Source: Bdellovibrionales bacterium (GTDB taxonomy: Bacteria > Bdellovibrionota > Bdellovibrionia > Bdellovibrionales > UBA1609). Taken from it: a stretch of DNA of 64,000 nt. Positions 10,202 through 20,884 of this stretch are shown piece after piece; within the stretch, counting starts at the first letter, position 1, and the number at the start of each line of letters is the position of its first letter. The stretch covers positions 416,001-480,000 of the forward strand of contig OZ241329.1 of assembly GCA_965199825.1 (NCBI GenBank). Direction: 5' to 3'. A program made the translations under genes and the position numbers. A model generated the notes under the pieces. It was given only the letters and a program-made list of their open reading frames with translations, did not search any database and was not told where the DNA came from.

Positions 10202-11683
10202 TTAGTGGAGAAAGTGCCTTTGTCCAGTAATCACCACACTCACGCCACGCTGTTCAGCCATTGCACGAACCGAATCATCCTTAATGCTGCCTCCGGGTTG
10301 AATCACCCAGCGAATGCCGGCATCGGCAATTTTTTCGATCGAATCACTGAACGGAAAAAATGCATCGCTCGCCAGGACCGGGGTCGAGGCTTCGGGATGA
10401 AATTTTTTGTATCTCAAAATCGCTTGCTCAACCGCATCAACCCGATTGACCTGACCCATTCCTAATCCAAGAGTTTGGAGCTCACTGGTGATCGCGATCG
10501 CATTGCTTTTCAAATGAGCGCAAATGCTCCAGGCAAATAAAAGCTCTTTGGTCATTTGAGCCGATGGTGTCTCGCCCCAATATTGCCAATCGCCGTGATG
10601 AACTCGATCTGAGTTTTGGATCACCATTCCACCACTGATCGATTTGATCCGCCACTCGTCAAAGGGATTGGCCATTTGAGCCCATTTTAAGATGCGCAGA
10701 TTTTTTTTGGTTCTAAATAGATCAAGTGCATCTTGATCAAAATCTGGAGCGATCACACATTCTAAAAATATTTCTGAAAGAAGTTTTGCGGTTTTCAAAT
10801 CCACCTTTTGCGATAAAGCAACGATCCCTCCAAACACGCTCACCGGATCGGCGGCTAATGCTTTTTTGCACGCTTCAAATAAATTCTCACCCGCTGCAGC
10901 CCCGCACGGAGAATTATGTTTGACCGCCACACATCCAAAAGGATTTTTTAAATCCCGCAAGGCTCTGGTGGAGGAATCAAGGTCGAGCAAATTATTATAA
11001 GAGAGTTCTTTTCCTTGCAGGATTTGGGCTTGATGCAAACCAAAATCGACACCTGTTTTTTTATACCACACACCTTTTTGGTGAGGATTTTCGCCGTAGC
11101 GCAGGGTTAAAACTTTTTCTGCGCCATAAACAAAGGGTGTTTGGGGTTCAGAACTTAAGCTTTCGGCAATAAGAGCATCGTAACTTGATGTGAGTCGAAA
11201 CACTTTGGCAGCAAGTTCCTTAGGAGTGAGCTGGTCAACTTTGTCGTAATCTTTGGGGTCACACAGCACTGTTACCCGATTAAAATTTTTTGCCGCCGCC
11301 CTTAACATCGATGGGCCACCCACATCGATAAATTCGATCAGCTCATCGCCGATTTTGCCCGAGCGCAAGGCCGATTCAAAAGGATACAAATTGACCACCA
11401 CAAGATCAAAGGCCTCGATGCCGGCATCGCTCAATACCGAATCATCAATCCCCGCTCGAGCTAGCAAACCCATATGAACAAGTGGGTGAAGAGTTTTAAC
11501 CCGACCCTCCATCACTTCCTGAAATCCGGTTTGTTCAGAGACGTCGACCACCTCAAAACCATTTTGTCTTAAATATTTTGCGGTTCCGCCGGTCGAGACA
11601 ATGCGTAAGCCCTCAAAGGGCTTTAAAAATTCGAGCAGTCCCGATTTATCAGAACAGCTCACCAAAGCATTTTTGAATTTCAT
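10202..11683 (-). CDS. purH: Bifunctional AICAR transformylase/IMP cyclohydrolase
   Basis: ALVSCSDKSG, STGGT, GRVKTLHP, LRYGENPHQ, ASDAFFPF, RHFLH. Confidence 0.97.
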   Translation of the reverse strand: MKFKNALVSCSDKSGLLEFLKPFEGLRIVSTGGTAKYLRQNGFEVVDVSEQTGFQEVMEGRVKTLHPLVHMGLLARAGIDDSVLSDAGIEAFDLVVVNLYPFESALRSGKIGDELIEFIDVGGPSMLRAAAKNFNRVTVLCDPKDYDKVDQLTPKELAAKVFRLTSSYDALIAESLSSEPQTPFVYGAEKVLTLRYGENPHQKGVWYKKTGVDFGLHQAQILQGKELSYNNLLDLDSSTRALRDLKNPFGCVAVKHNSPCGAAAGENLFEACKKALAADPVSVFGGIVALSQKVDLKTAKLLSEIFLECVIAPDFDQDALDLFRTKKNLRILKWAQMANPFDEWRIKSISGGMVIQNSDRVHHGDWQYWGETPSAQMTKELLFAWSICAHLKSNAIAITSELQTLGLGMGQVNRVDAVEQAILRYKKFHPEASTPVLASDAFFPFSDSIEKIADAGIRWVIQPGGSIKDDSVRAMAEQRGVSVVITGQRHFLH

Positions 11684-13030
11684 TTAGAATGACAACCTCG
11701 TCGCAAGGATTTTTAAATCATCATTGGTGATGAAAAGTCCTGCGCCGACGAACGTACTAAATTGATGATCTTTGTTCAACAGGTTGTCCGCACCTGCTGC
11801 AACGTAGAGACCTTTAAAGAAATTATATTTTGCGAACGTACGAATATCTAAATTGGAAAAATCAAAGGCCTCAACCGACAACCTTAAATGGCGATCAAAT
11901 AAAAAGTAATCGATCCCAAAACCACCGGTGCTCTCGATCAAGCCGCCTTTAAGAGTAAAATCATAAAAGTTTTTGGCAAACAATCCGGTAAATTTCAGTT
12001 TGTTTTTATTCGTCACCGATTGTGAAACGGTTGTGTCAGGCCCACCATTCACATTGGTGGTGGATGAAGACTGTGTGGTGTATCCGCGCGCATCGTCGAT
12101 CAATTGAACTTCGTAATAGCGATCAAGCCCGGGTTGGAGGCGAAATGCCAAATAACTTTTTGCACCGGGGGCTTGAGCTAAATACTCAGAATGAAAATCA
12201 ATACTGGTTTCCCAACGCGAAATTCCGCCAAGGGCTTGATTGACCGTACTGATTGCGGTGTTGATCTCATCCACAGTTTGTTCGTCATTGATCAACTTGC
12301 CGATTGTTCCTTGACCACTATTAATTTTGCCCGATATCTCATCCACATTTTTAAGCGTGGCCTGTAAGTGCTTTAAGCTTTCGGGTGTAATGTAATTGCT
12401 TAAATTGTCGGTGATGGTACGGATCTGATCAACAATTTGATTTACCTTTTCGCGATTCTGGCCAGTGACGTTCGCAAGATCTTTACTCACTTTTTCGATA
12501 TGTAAAATAATTCGACCAATCGGAGTAGAATCATCACCCGAACCGGTTGCCGCTTTGTTAAGATTATCAGTCAAGGAATGAAGGTTTTTGGCAACCCGAC
12601 CAATTTCCTTCATCATGTCATCAAGCCCGCCGCCTTCGGTTGAAATTTGCAAAGGTGCATCGGCATTCAAGGCGGGATCACCGGGTTTACCAGGAATCAA
12701 CTCAACGTGTTTATCTCCCAATATTCCATCGGTGCGCAGCTCAACACGTGAAGATGTGGTGAGTGGGACGTCTTTATCGAGAGCTAACGTAATTTTGGCT
12801 TTGCCATCTTGCAGTTCGATGTTGTCGATGGTTCCGACTTTGATGCCGGCCATTTTAACCGCACTATTTTTAACAAGCCCGCCAGCATTGTCGATCACAA
12901 AACTTTGTTTACGACCGCTTGCAAATATTCCAGGCCCACGAGCCACTTTAAATGACATGGCGCCAATCAAACTTGCCACAGCCAAAATCATCAATCCAAC
13001 TTTAATTTCTGCAGACGCTAAGAAGCTCAT
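11684..13030 (-). CDS. mlaD: MlaD/MCE family protein with long C-terminal extension
   Basis: N-terminal TM, AGGL..NSAVKMAGIKVG, GILGDKHVEL.PG, helical region. Confidence 0.85.
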   Translation of the reverse strand: MSFLASAEIKVGLMILAVASLIGAMSFKVARGPGIFASGRKQSFVIDNAGGLVKNSAVKMAGIKVGTIDNIELQDGKAKITLALDKDVPLTTSSRVELRTDGILGDKHVELIPGKPGDPALNADAPLQISTEGGGLDDMMKEIGRVAKNLHSLTDNLNKAATGSGDDSTPIGRIILHIEKVSKDLANVTGQNREKVNQIVDQIRTITDNLSNYITPESLKHLQATLKNVDEISGKINSGQGTIGKLINDEQTVDEINTAISTVNQALGGISRWETSIDFHSEYLAQAPGAKSYLAFRLQPGLDRYYEVQLIDDARGYTTQSSSTTNVNGGPDTTVSQSVTNKNKLKFTGLFAKNFYDFTLKGGLIESTGGFGIDYFLFDRHLRLSVEAFDFSNLDIRTFAKYNFFKGLYVAAGADNLLNKDHQFSTFVGAGLFITNDDLKILATRLSF

Positions 13031-13785
13031 TCTTTACGAAATCCTTTGGCCAAAAACTTTTGCACCAATTCGATATCTGAATTGCGAAAATCATCGGGTG
13101 TACCCGAAAGAAGCACATGCCCCTTGTCGAGCATCACAATGTAATCGGCCATTCGAAAGGCAGAAATTAAATCATGGGAAACTATCACGCTCGTTGCTCC
13201 TTGAATTCTTTTATGAGTTTCCACGATTAGATCATCCACCATTTCGGTTAAAATGGGATCAAGACCGGTTGTTGGCTCATCGTAGAGTAAAATTTCTGGA
13301 TCTAAGGCCAGCGCGCGTGCAAGCCCCACACGCTTGCGCATACCACCGCTCAATTCACCAGGAAGCTTATGAAAATGTTTTTCGTCAAGACCGCTACTCG
13401 CCAATTTTTTTTGGGCGATATCTAAAACCTCAGCTGGTTTTAATTCTCTACGATGCTCGGCAATAGGAAAACAAACATTTTCGATCGCGGTCATATCATC
13501 AAACAACGCCGCATACTGAAAGAGCACCCCAAGCTGACAACGAAATTGAATCAACTGGCGCCGATTCATCTTCCACAAGTCTCGGCCTAAGACCACAATC
13601 TCTCCGGAAGTTGGTTTTTCGAGACCCAAAATATTTTTGAGTAAGACACTCTTGCCGGTACCGCTGTAACCGATAATGACTGTGATTTGACCTTTGGGAA
13701 TTTGTAAATCGATTCCGTTTAGAATAAATTCTTTGCCATCAAAAGACTTTTTTAAATTTTTGAGTTCAATGGCTGACTCTTTCAA
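13027..13785 (-). CDS. mlaF: MlaF-type ABC ATPase
   Basis: GYSGTGKS, LSGGMRKRVGLARAL, YDEPTTGLDP. Confidence 0.9.
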   Translation of the reverse strand: MKESAIELKNLKKSFDGKEFILNGIDLQIPKGQITVIIGYSGTGKSVLLKNILGLEKPTSGEIVVLGRDLWKMNRRQLIQFRCQLGVLFQYAALFDDMTAIENVCFPIAEHRRELKPAEVLDIAQKKLASSGLDEKHFHKLPGELSGGMRKRVGLARALALDPEILLYDEPTTGLDPILTEMVDDLIVETHKRIQGATSVIVSHDLISAFRMADYIVMLDKGHVLLSGTPDDFRNSDIELVQKFLAKGFRKE

Positions 13786-14603
13786 ACTTTACCTGTCACG
13801 ATATAAAAAAGTCGGATCATGTTGGTCAAAAAATAATTGAGCACGATGATCAAAACCATGCTGTTGACCACACCCTCGTTGGTGGCTTCGCCCACACCCT
13901 TTGCCCCACCACGACAATAAAATCCGCGAGCGGTACAAATAGACGAAAAGGCCAAGCCAAAAATGGCGGCTTTAAATAAGCCCTCAAAAATATCGCTCGG
14001 ATCGCCCCACTGTCGGATTTTATCCCAAAAAACCGCATCGTCTAAGCCGAGCACTTTCACACACAAGAGGTAAGACCCCATGATCGCCACATAATCGAAT
14101 ACGCCACATAACAAAGGCGCGCTAATCAGTGAGGCTAGAATTCTTGGAGCCACCAGATATTGGCGCGAGTCGACGCCCATCACCTCGAGCGCATCGATCT
14201 GCTCTGACACTCTCATTGTTCCTAAACGTGCCGCCATTGCGCCGCCCGCCCGTGCCGCAACAATCAACCCCGTCAAAACCGGACCCAACTCTTTAGTGAC
14301 GCCGAGAGTGACTGTGGGTCCCACAAGATTTGTGGCGTTGACCAAACTAAAACCTAAAAAAATCTGATACGAAAGAGCAAGCCCTGTAAACAAACCGGTT
14401 AATGCAATGATGATCAACGAGCGATTGCCCACAAACTCAATATGTTTAACAAGCTCGTCGAAGCGGTAGGGTTTGGTAAAAATAAGTTTGGAACTTTGCA
14501 CAAAGAAAATTGCGGTGCGACCAGAACTAAACGCCAGTGTTGAAATATGGCGCCAAATATATAAACCCAAATTGTCGATGTAGCCCGCAAGAGTTTCAAT
14601 CAT
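13782..14603 (-). CDS. mlaE: MlaE-type ABC permease
   Basis: ELGPVLTGLIVAARAG, GTMRVSEQIDALEVMG, GGAKGVGEAT. Confidence 0.9.
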   Translation of the reverse strand: MIETLAGYIDNLGLYIWRHISTLAFSSGRTAIFFVQSSKLIFTKPYRFDELVKHIEFVGNRSLIIIALTGLFTGLALSYQIFLGFSLVNATNLVGPTVTLGVTKELGPVLTGLIVAARAGGAMAARLGTMRVSEQIDALEVMGVDSRQYLVAPRILASLISAPLLCGVFDYVAIMGSYLLCVKVLGLDDAVFWDKIRQWGDPSDIFEGLFKAAIFGLAFSSICTARGFYCRGGAKGVGEATNEGVVNSMVLIIVLNYFLTNMIRLFYIVTGKV

Positions 14604-15666
14604 GAATCAAAATCCGTGGCACTCGTGAGCTAATACCCGTAAAGATTTCGTAGGAAATTGTGTTCGCCACATCGGCTAGTTCTATTGCCAAAATTTGTTT
14701 TTGATCTTGGGTACCAATGACCACGACCTCGTCTCCCACTTGAGCTTTTGGAGCCGCATCGGTTAAATCCAGCATGGTATAGTCCATACAGACAGTGCCG
14801 GCCACGGGAGCGAAATTTCCATTGATTAACATTCTTCCTTTATTGCTCAAACCTCTACGGTAACCATCTGCATAGCCAAGGCTCACAACCCCGACCACAG
14901 AGGGCTTTTTGGCCACAAAGTTTGCACCGTAACTCACGTAATCGTGGGGTTGAATATGTCTGACTCTCACAAGCTCCGATTTTAGCGTCATCACCGGTCG
15001 AAATGAAAGCTCTTGTGACAAACCGCCGTAGAGAGCAATACCAGGACGAAATCCCATGGTCATTGGGGCCTGCGAAATTGTTTTGGTGCTGCTATAAATA
15101 TGAAGGCCCTTTGTGCCGAGCGCATCGACGATCTGATCAAACCGCTCAAGTTGCAATTGATAGGCAGAATGATTGGGGCTAACACCAAAGTGGGTCGAGA
15201 GACCTTTGAGCTCGAGATATTTCGAATTCGCTAAAATTTTTTTTGCCGCATCAAGATCTTTAAGATCCAGACCCATCCGGTTCATACCTGTATTGAACTT
15301 AAGATGGATATCCAACTTTTTTTGTTGATCCATTAACAGCTCGAGTTGCTCAATCGAATTGACCACAGGGGTGATGTGATCATCATAAAACACATCCACA
15401 CCTTTTTTATCAAAAGCCCCAAACATCAAAATATTGAGGTCTTTAAATTTTTTCCTGAGTTCAATTGCTTCTTCGAGTGTTGCGACACCAACATTCTTCA
15501 CCTGATTGTCGACAAGAATCTGAGTCACCATCAAAGCGGAATGTCCGTAAGCATTCGCTTTGACCATGGGGCAAAAAAAATTATTTGCCGCCAAGAGTTT
15601 AAGGCGCTCAAGATTTGCTACAAGTGCCGATCGATCAATAAAGGCCGCAGTGTTGCGGTAGCTCAA
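14596..15666 (-). CDS. alr: Alanine racemase
   Basis: VKANAYGH, NTGMNRMG, GYADG, VCMD, TISYE; probable TTG start at 15666 overlapping the upstream TGA. Confidence 0.93.
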   Translation of the reverse strand: MSYRNTAAFIDRSALVANLERLKLLAANNFFCPMVKANAYGHSALMVTQILVDNQVKNVGVATLEEAIELRKKFKDLNILMFGAFDKKGVDVFYDDHITPVVNSIEQLELLMDQQKKLDIHLKFNTGMNRMGLDLKDLDAAKKILANSKYLELKGLSTHFGVSPNHSAYQLQLERFDQIVDALGTKGLHIYSSTKTISQAPMTMGFRPGIALYGGLSQELSFRPVMTLKSELVRVRHIQPHDYVSYGANFVAKKPSVVGVVSLGYADGYRRGLSNKGRMLINGNFAPVAGTVCMDYTMLDLTDAAPKAQVGDEVVVIGTQDQKQILAIELADVANTISYEIFTGISSRVPRILIHD

Positions 15667-17075
15667 CGTTTTTCCTTTAACCACTCGGGCTCCGGCACAA
15701 TAAAATCGGAAATAAAACCATCGGGCACCGAGGCCATACAAACTCGATTTTTATATTCCTTGGTCAATTCAAAAAGTGCAGAGTCCGAAGAAGATAAAAG
15801 CTCATCGGCATCACGACACAACGAGGGATACTCGCTGACCCCTGCACTGACTGTGATATTGGCAACATTCTTAAATAATTTTGAAAAATCGGCAGACTCA
15901 ACAATCCTGCGCAATCGTTCGGCCTTGATCGCAGCACCTTGAGTGGGGGTGTGGGGCAAGAGTAAACCAAATTCATCTACAGCGGTGCGACCCACAATAT
16001 CATTGACCCGCGAATGACGCCTAAAAATTTTAGCGAGCATTTTTAAAATTAAATCAGACTCATCGCTTCCCCTTGGCAAATCGTCGACTTTGAGTCGCAC
16101 AAGCGATACAGGCAATTGAACACGTCGAGCTCTCGCAATTTCTTGTTGCACAAAATCGATAAAGCTTTGGCGGTGATACACTTCCGTAGTGATATCGCGA
16201 GTGGAATACAAATGGATACGGCGCCGAAGCTCTAAGAGCTCCAAGCGATCACGAGCCTGTTGCAAAACCAATTTGATATCGCCAGACAAAACAATTTGTG
16301 AGTCACTAAAAAAAACAAAAAGGCCAACGAGGCCTTCACTTCCTTCGATCAGTTCACTTACAAAAAAAGATTTTCGAAAAGCCTGCTCGGCCATTTGAAC
16401 AAATTCTGGAATCCGATCCGGTTGACGCAAATCTTCAGCCTGAAAGGATCCCGAGAGTTCATTTAAGGAAAGGCCTACGCCGTAGTAATTTTCATCATCA
16501 AGACCACCGGCGTAAACAAGGGAGCGCCGATTTACAAAATATTTAAAAAATACAATTTGATCATCGGGCCGCTCAAGCCTTAATCGCTTGAGTGTGACTT
16601 CCACCACTTGCTCGAGCGAATAGGTTTGGAGCAGTTCTTGATAATAACTTTCTGTGGTCTGGGGTAAAAGATTTTGATCTTGGTAGCGAAAAAAATCTCG
16701 CTCGGTGGCGCGGTCCAAGCATCTTACCAACTGCAATGGCGTGACCAGCGGATAAGGCAAGCAATCATACGCCACACCTTCAAAACGCTGAAAGGCCTCT
16801 TTCAGATCTTGCTGCGGAGTTAAAATGACCAAGTGGGTGTGAGGCAAGCGCTCATGCATTTGATGAATCACTTTTTCGATATCTGGCCGATCATGGTCCC
16901 AGTAACTCAAACACATTTTTGGAGCATGCTCAAAAATATCATGAAGCTCTGACCATGGCTTTATAGCAACGTTGTATTGCACATGTCTTGAGGCATCAGC
17001 CAGAGATTTGGCATCAAACCCATCGGACTGCATGATGACCACTTGAAATGCTTTTCTAAGGCGTTCGACTTTCAA
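15663..17075 (-). CDS. Degenerate GGDEF-domain protein (AVDEF), probable c-di-GMP receptor
   Basis: C-terminal GGDEF fold with RVND I-site and GRTAVDEF; REC-like N-terminus. Confidence 0.8.
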   Translation of the reverse strand: MKVERLRKAFQVVIMQSDGFDAKSLADASRHVQYNVAIKPWSELHDIFEHAPKMCLSYWDHDRPDIEKVIHQMHERLPHTHLVILTPQQDLKEAFQRFEGVAYDCLPYPLVTPLQLVRCLDRATERDFFRYQDQNLLPQTTESYYQELLQTYSLEQVVEVTLKRLRLERPDDQIVFFKYFVNRRSLVYAGGLDDENYYGVGLSLNELSGSFQAEDLRQPDRIPEFVQMAEQAFRKSFFVSELIEGSEGLVGLFVFFSDSQIVLSGDIKLVLQQARDRLELLELRRRIHLYSTRDITTEVYHRQSFIDFVQQEIARARRVQLPVSLVRLKVDDLPRGSDESDLILKMLAKIFRRHSRVNDIVGRTAVDEFGLLLPHTPTQGAAIKAERLRRIVESADFSKLFKNVANITVSAGVSEYPSLCRDADELLSSSDSALFELTKEYKNRVCMASVPDGFISDFIVPEPEWLKEKR

Positions 17076-18853
17076 AGTTTTGCTCGCGATCTCACAGAGG
17101 GATCAGATAGGATTTGTTTAGGAAGCTGTTCCCATTCTTCATCCTCTTCGTTTGACTCTGAGATCGCCACCTCCACAGACGGAGCCGCAACCACAGGCGG
17201 AGCCGCAACCACAGGCGAGGCCGCAACCACAGGACTCAACTGAGCCAGTGGCAATTCTAAGGTGACTTTTGTATACCGATTGGGCTCAGATTCTATTCGT
17301 AAATCGCCGCCCCAACCTCGAATCATCTCACGCGCCATTGTGAGCCCAAGCCCTGCGTGAACGATGGTATCTTTGGTGGAATAAAAAGGATCAAACATCT
17401 TTTTTTGTTGCTCAGGGGAAAGTCCACACCCGGTGTCGACAATTTCGATTTCGATGCGGTTATCGCGATTTAATGATCGCACGTTGATTTTTTTTCCTGA
17501 AGCTCCCTGTAAGGCATCGCAAGCATTGTTTAAGATTTCAAATAGGAGATCTTTAAATGAGTGCTGAGCAATGACAGCCTGGCCAGTGGCATTGAGATCA
17601 AAATACATTTCTAAATTTTCAGATTCGCGCGCCTTAAATAACGCCAAGGTTTCCGCCAAAGCATCGTCAATTTCGATTCGCTCGAGTTTGGTGTTTTGAT
17701 CGATTCCACACAGCTGACTAAATCCTTCGAGAGTGTCTCGCAGTCGTCGGGCTTCTTTCTCTAAAGCTTCATGATGGGAGTTTAACATGGAGTCATGATT
17801 TTTAGATTTGGCGAGCTGAGTGTGACCAAGGATCAATGAGATTGGCCCATTCATCGCCTGCACCAAACTTGGCCCTACCATTTTGTAAGCCTCCATTCGG
17901 TCTATCGGCTTTTCGATAGCTACAGGTTCTGATGGGGTAAACACCTCGACGATATCTTTTGGTCGGTGTGTGAGTGCAACCCCAACCAATATTGCTATCG
18001 AAAACCAGATCAAAAAATCCTGAATGATGATTTTTCGCAAATCAAATCCAAATGTGGGCAAAGGCTTTGAGACCAACGCAAAAAGATTTGTGCGCTCAAG
18101 ACGAATGGCGGTGCCCAAAACACTTTGACCTTCAAGATTGCGAGTTTCGGCACTAAATATATTTTGTTTTTTATCCAAAACTTGCGACACAAAAGGATGC
18201 TTGTTGAAAAGCGTACCGACGTAGCCAATATCGCTTAATGCCAAAGCATAGCCGTGATCATCGATGACAATTAAGTCGCGATTGCTGCCTTTAAAGACCT
18301 CACTCCAGCTGGTTAAAAGCGCTTGCGGCAAGATCGCCACGGCCATCAAGGATTCGCCAGCAAGACTTTTTTTGATTGGCGTAATAAAGGCAAAACTGGT
18401 GTTGAGCAAAGGATCAGAGAGACGAATAAAAACTTGGTTGTACGCGGTGGTGGTCTCAAGTTTGAGTTGTTTGAGAGCCGAGCGCAATTGTCCATCGGTC
18501 ACCCGCGATTTAAAACCTTGGGAAATCTCGAGCCACTCAGGCTCCCATTGGCCCTGCACATCAGTTCGAAGAACGGCTACCGCAGAAAACTGGTTCAGCG
18601 CACCTTCAACATCAACACCAGAACTTGATTTGATTGCGGTGATGCGTCCGATGGTATCACGAAGTTGCTCTGCCAAAGAGTCGGATTGAACTTGAACAAG
18701 TCGTGACACAATCATCGCCTCGCGCTCAAGACTTTCAAAAGCCTCGCTGAGTTCTCGATTTTGCAAATATCGTGTGTTGATCAATGCGGTTGTGATCACA
18801 AGAATTGTCAGCGCCACAGTGGAGCATAAGATAACAAACCAATGCTGTTTCAT
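17072..18853 (-). CDS. Membrane sensor histidine kinase-like protein with atypical H-box
   Basis: Two TMs, Cache-like periplasmic region, N box NNACDA, G1 DTGCG, F box FDPFYST, G2 GLGL. Confidence 0.85.
   Translation of the reverse strand: MKQHWFVILCSTVALTILVITTALINTRYLQNRELSEAFESLEREAMIVSRLVQVQSDSLAEQLRDTIGRITAIKSSSGVDVEGALNQFSAVAVLRTDVQGQWEPEWLEISQGFKSRVTDGQLRSALKQLKLETTTAYNQVFIRLSDPLLNTSFAFITPIKKSLAGESLMAVAILPQALLTSWSEVFKGSNRDLIVIDDHGYALALSDIGYVGTLFNKHPFVSQVLDKKQNIFSAETRNLEGQSVLGTAIRLERTNLFALVSKPLPTFGFDLRKIIIQDFLIWFSIAILVGVALTHRPKDIVEVFTPSEPVAIEKPIDRMEAYKMVGPSLVQAMNGPISLILGHTQLAKSKNHDSMLNSHHEALEKEARRLRDTLEGFSQLCGIDQNTKLERIEIDDALAETLALFKARESENLEMYFDLNATGQAVIAQHSFKDLLFEILNNACDALQGASGKKINVRSLNRDNRIEIEIVDTGCGLSPEQQKKMFDPFYSTKDTIVHAGLGLTMAREMIRGWGGDLRIESEPNRYTKVTLELPLAQLSPVVAASPVVAAPPVVAAPSVEVAISESNEEDEEWEQLPKQILSDPSVRSRAKL
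17181..17234. repeat. 3 x 18-bp coding tandem repeat (PVVAAS/P)
   Basis: GGAGCCGCAACCACAGGC twice plus one variant, in the kinase C-terminal tail. Confidence 0.9.
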
Positions 18854-18894
18854 TGTTTGTCATTCTAGTTTTGTGGCGAAGACCAAAGCAAGCT

Positions 18895-19374
18895 TTAGAT
18901 GCGAATCATAAATCCGAAATCAACGAACAAGGATGTTCCCGGATTGAAGGTGAATTTCACATCCGATCTTAAATAAAATTGGTGACCAAGTTGAAGGAGC
19001 ACTCCACCACCCAAATCCACACCACCAAATATTTTTGATCGCTCGTTTAGACCCGCATAGTCGGTCAAATCAAGACCTAAAAAAAAGAATCCCGAAAAAC
19101 TTTCGATCGGAACATCAAGCCTCAAGTCCACCGCAAGATTTCTATAATTTGCACCATCGCCATTACCCAAAGTGGCCGTGGCCTCCACTGTTGGCAGCCC
19201 CAACTTGTAGCCCGCACGAACACCGCCAAGCCCAGTAATCTCGGTGAGTCCAGAAATACCAGACGGAAGAAGTGTTCCGACAAGTGCACCCACTTCGATC
19301 CGACCATTGGATTGATCTTGTGCGTGTGCAGAACTCATAAAGAAACAAAATGGAATAAAAAAAAGAAATTTCAT
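18895..19374 (-). CDS. Small outer-membrane beta-barrel protein
   Basis: Start at MKFLFFIPF (signal peptide), amphipathic strands, C-terminal 'VDFGFMIRI'. Confidence 0.7.
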   Translation of the reverse strand: MKFLFFIPFCFFMSSAHAQDQSNGRIEVGALVGTLLPSGISGLTEITGLGGVRAGYKLGLPTVEATATLGNGDGANYRNLAVDLRLDVPIESFSGFFFLGLDLTDYAGLNERSKIFGGVDLGGGVLLQLGHQFYLRSDVKFTFNPGTSLFVDFGFMIRI

Positions 19375-19452
19375 ATCGAAAGTGTATCCGAGAGTTTTGA
19401 TCCTCACAATCTTGTGGTTGACGCTCATCGCCTTTAGCTCGAAAATCTTTGA

Positions 19453-20292
19453 ATGACAAAACGCTTTGAAGGCACAGTTCCTGGACGTCAGGATGCCGAA
19501 CTTTTTTATCAAAAATGGATTACCCCTAACTCTCGCGGCACAATCTTGATCACTCATGGTCTTGCCGAGCATTCTGATTGTTATGATCAGTTGGCGCATG
19601 AGCTCAATACCGATGGCTGGAATGTTTATGGCTGGGATCTGCGTGGGCACGGAAGATCGAGTGGAAAACGCGGCTATGTCGAAAACTTTTTGTATTTTAT
19701 CGAAGATCTGAAGCATGTTGTTTCGTTTGTGCAACGCCAAGAGGATTTTAACGTCAAACATCCACTGATTTTATTTGGTCATTCGATGGGTGGCCAAATT
19801 GTGACCCGTGCGGTTTTGAAAGAAAACTTGATGGTTCAGGCTGTGGTGTTGTCGTCCCCTGCGATGGGTTTAAAAATGGCAGTTCCTCAATGGAAAGTGG
19901 CACTTTCAGAAACCGCGGTAAAATGGTTTCCCAAAGTCACATTATCTAATGAGATCGAATTTTCTGATCTTTCGCGAGATGAAAACATGATCGATAGCTT
20001 TAAGCGCGACAGTCTTCGACACAGCAAAATCAGTCCAGAAGTTTTTTTAGGCATGCGCGCAGGATTTCATGAAGTTTTAGAAAATGCCGAAAATTTTAAA
20101 TTGCCGTTGTGTGTTCAAATTGGTGGTGCAGACCCGATGATCGATGTCGAAGCAACAAAAACTTTTTTTGCCAAAACAACTTCCACAATTAAAGAACTAT
20201 TTGTTTATCCCGATAGTCTCCATGAAATATACAATGACTTAGATCGCGATCAGGTGATCAAAGATCTTAAAACTTTTTTAACTAAGGTTTGA
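19453..20292 (+). CDS. Alpha/beta hydrolase, lysophospholipase family
   Basis: HGLAEH, DLRGHGRS, GHSMGG, HEIYND. Confidence 0.9.
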   Translation: MTKRFEGTVPGRQDAELFYQKWITPNSRGTILITHGLAEHSDCYDQLAHELNTDGWNVYGWDLRGHGRSSGKRGYVENFLYFIEDLKHVVSFVQRQEDFNVKHPLILFGHSMGGQIVTRAVLKENLMVQAVVLSSPAMGLKMAVPQWKVALSETAVKWFPKVTLSNEIEFSDLSRDENMIDSFKRDSLRHSKISPEVFLGMRAGFHEVLENAENFKLPLCVQIGGADPMIDVEATKTFFAKTTSTIKELFVYPDSLHEIYNDLDRDQVIKDLKTFLTKV

Positions 20293-20293
20293 T

Positions 20294-20884
20294 ATGCGCT
20301 TTTTAGTTATTGCATCAGTTGTTTTTGTCGCAGCCTGTACATCAACCCCACCCGTTGTTGATGAGAACAAATCGGTTTCGGCGATGTCTGATGCCGAATA
20401 TGCCGCACTACTGCAAAAAAAAACGGTTCACGATCGAAAATACGAAGGTTTTTATCAGATCTTTGAGGCCTCGGCTTTGCTGCTCAATCTCGAAGTCCAA
20501 GATATTTTGCTCACCCGACAAATTCATTTTAATCAATGGGTGCCCGAAAAAATTCGGACCGAGCGCGAAAAGACAAACCAGCTCAACGCAACACAAACTC
20601 GGGTGATCTTAAGCTTTTTTAGTCCTGACTTTCAGTATGACGATTTGGCCAAAACGAATAGTGTCTGGCATTTGTATCTCGAAGTGGGCACGGCCCGCTA
20701 CGAGGCCAAGGTTAAAAAAGTTTCGTCCAAATTGGTCGAGGTTAAAACTCTTTATCCCTTTCACAACCGGTTTAGCACTCCTTATGAGCTGACATTTATG
20801 GTTCCGGTTGCCCAGGTGGAACAAAACCCAGTGAGTTTAACCCTTACCAGTACCCTTGGCTCATCGACCATGAAGTTCAAATAA
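20294..20884 (+). CDS. Hypothetical lipoprotein
   Basis: Lipobox VAAC; starts 1 bp after the hydrolase stop. Confidence 0.75.
   Translation: MRFLVIASVVFVAACTSTPPVVDENKSVSAMSDAEYAALLQKKTVHDRKYEGFYQIFEASALLLNLEVQDILLTRQIHFNQWVPEKIRTEREKTNQLNATQTRVILSFFSPDFQYDDLAKTNSVWHLYLEVGTARYEAKVKKVSSKLVEVKTLYPFHNRFSTPYELTFMVPVAQVEQNPVSLTLTSTLGSSTMKFK

Noticed and set aside
12588..13466. 292-aa plus-strand ORF and similar shadow ORFs
   Set aside because: Antisense to mlaD/mlaF, with no recognisable motifs.
19375..19761. N-terminal extension of the small barrel ORF
   Set aside because: Antisense to the hydrolase; the signal peptide starts at 19374.
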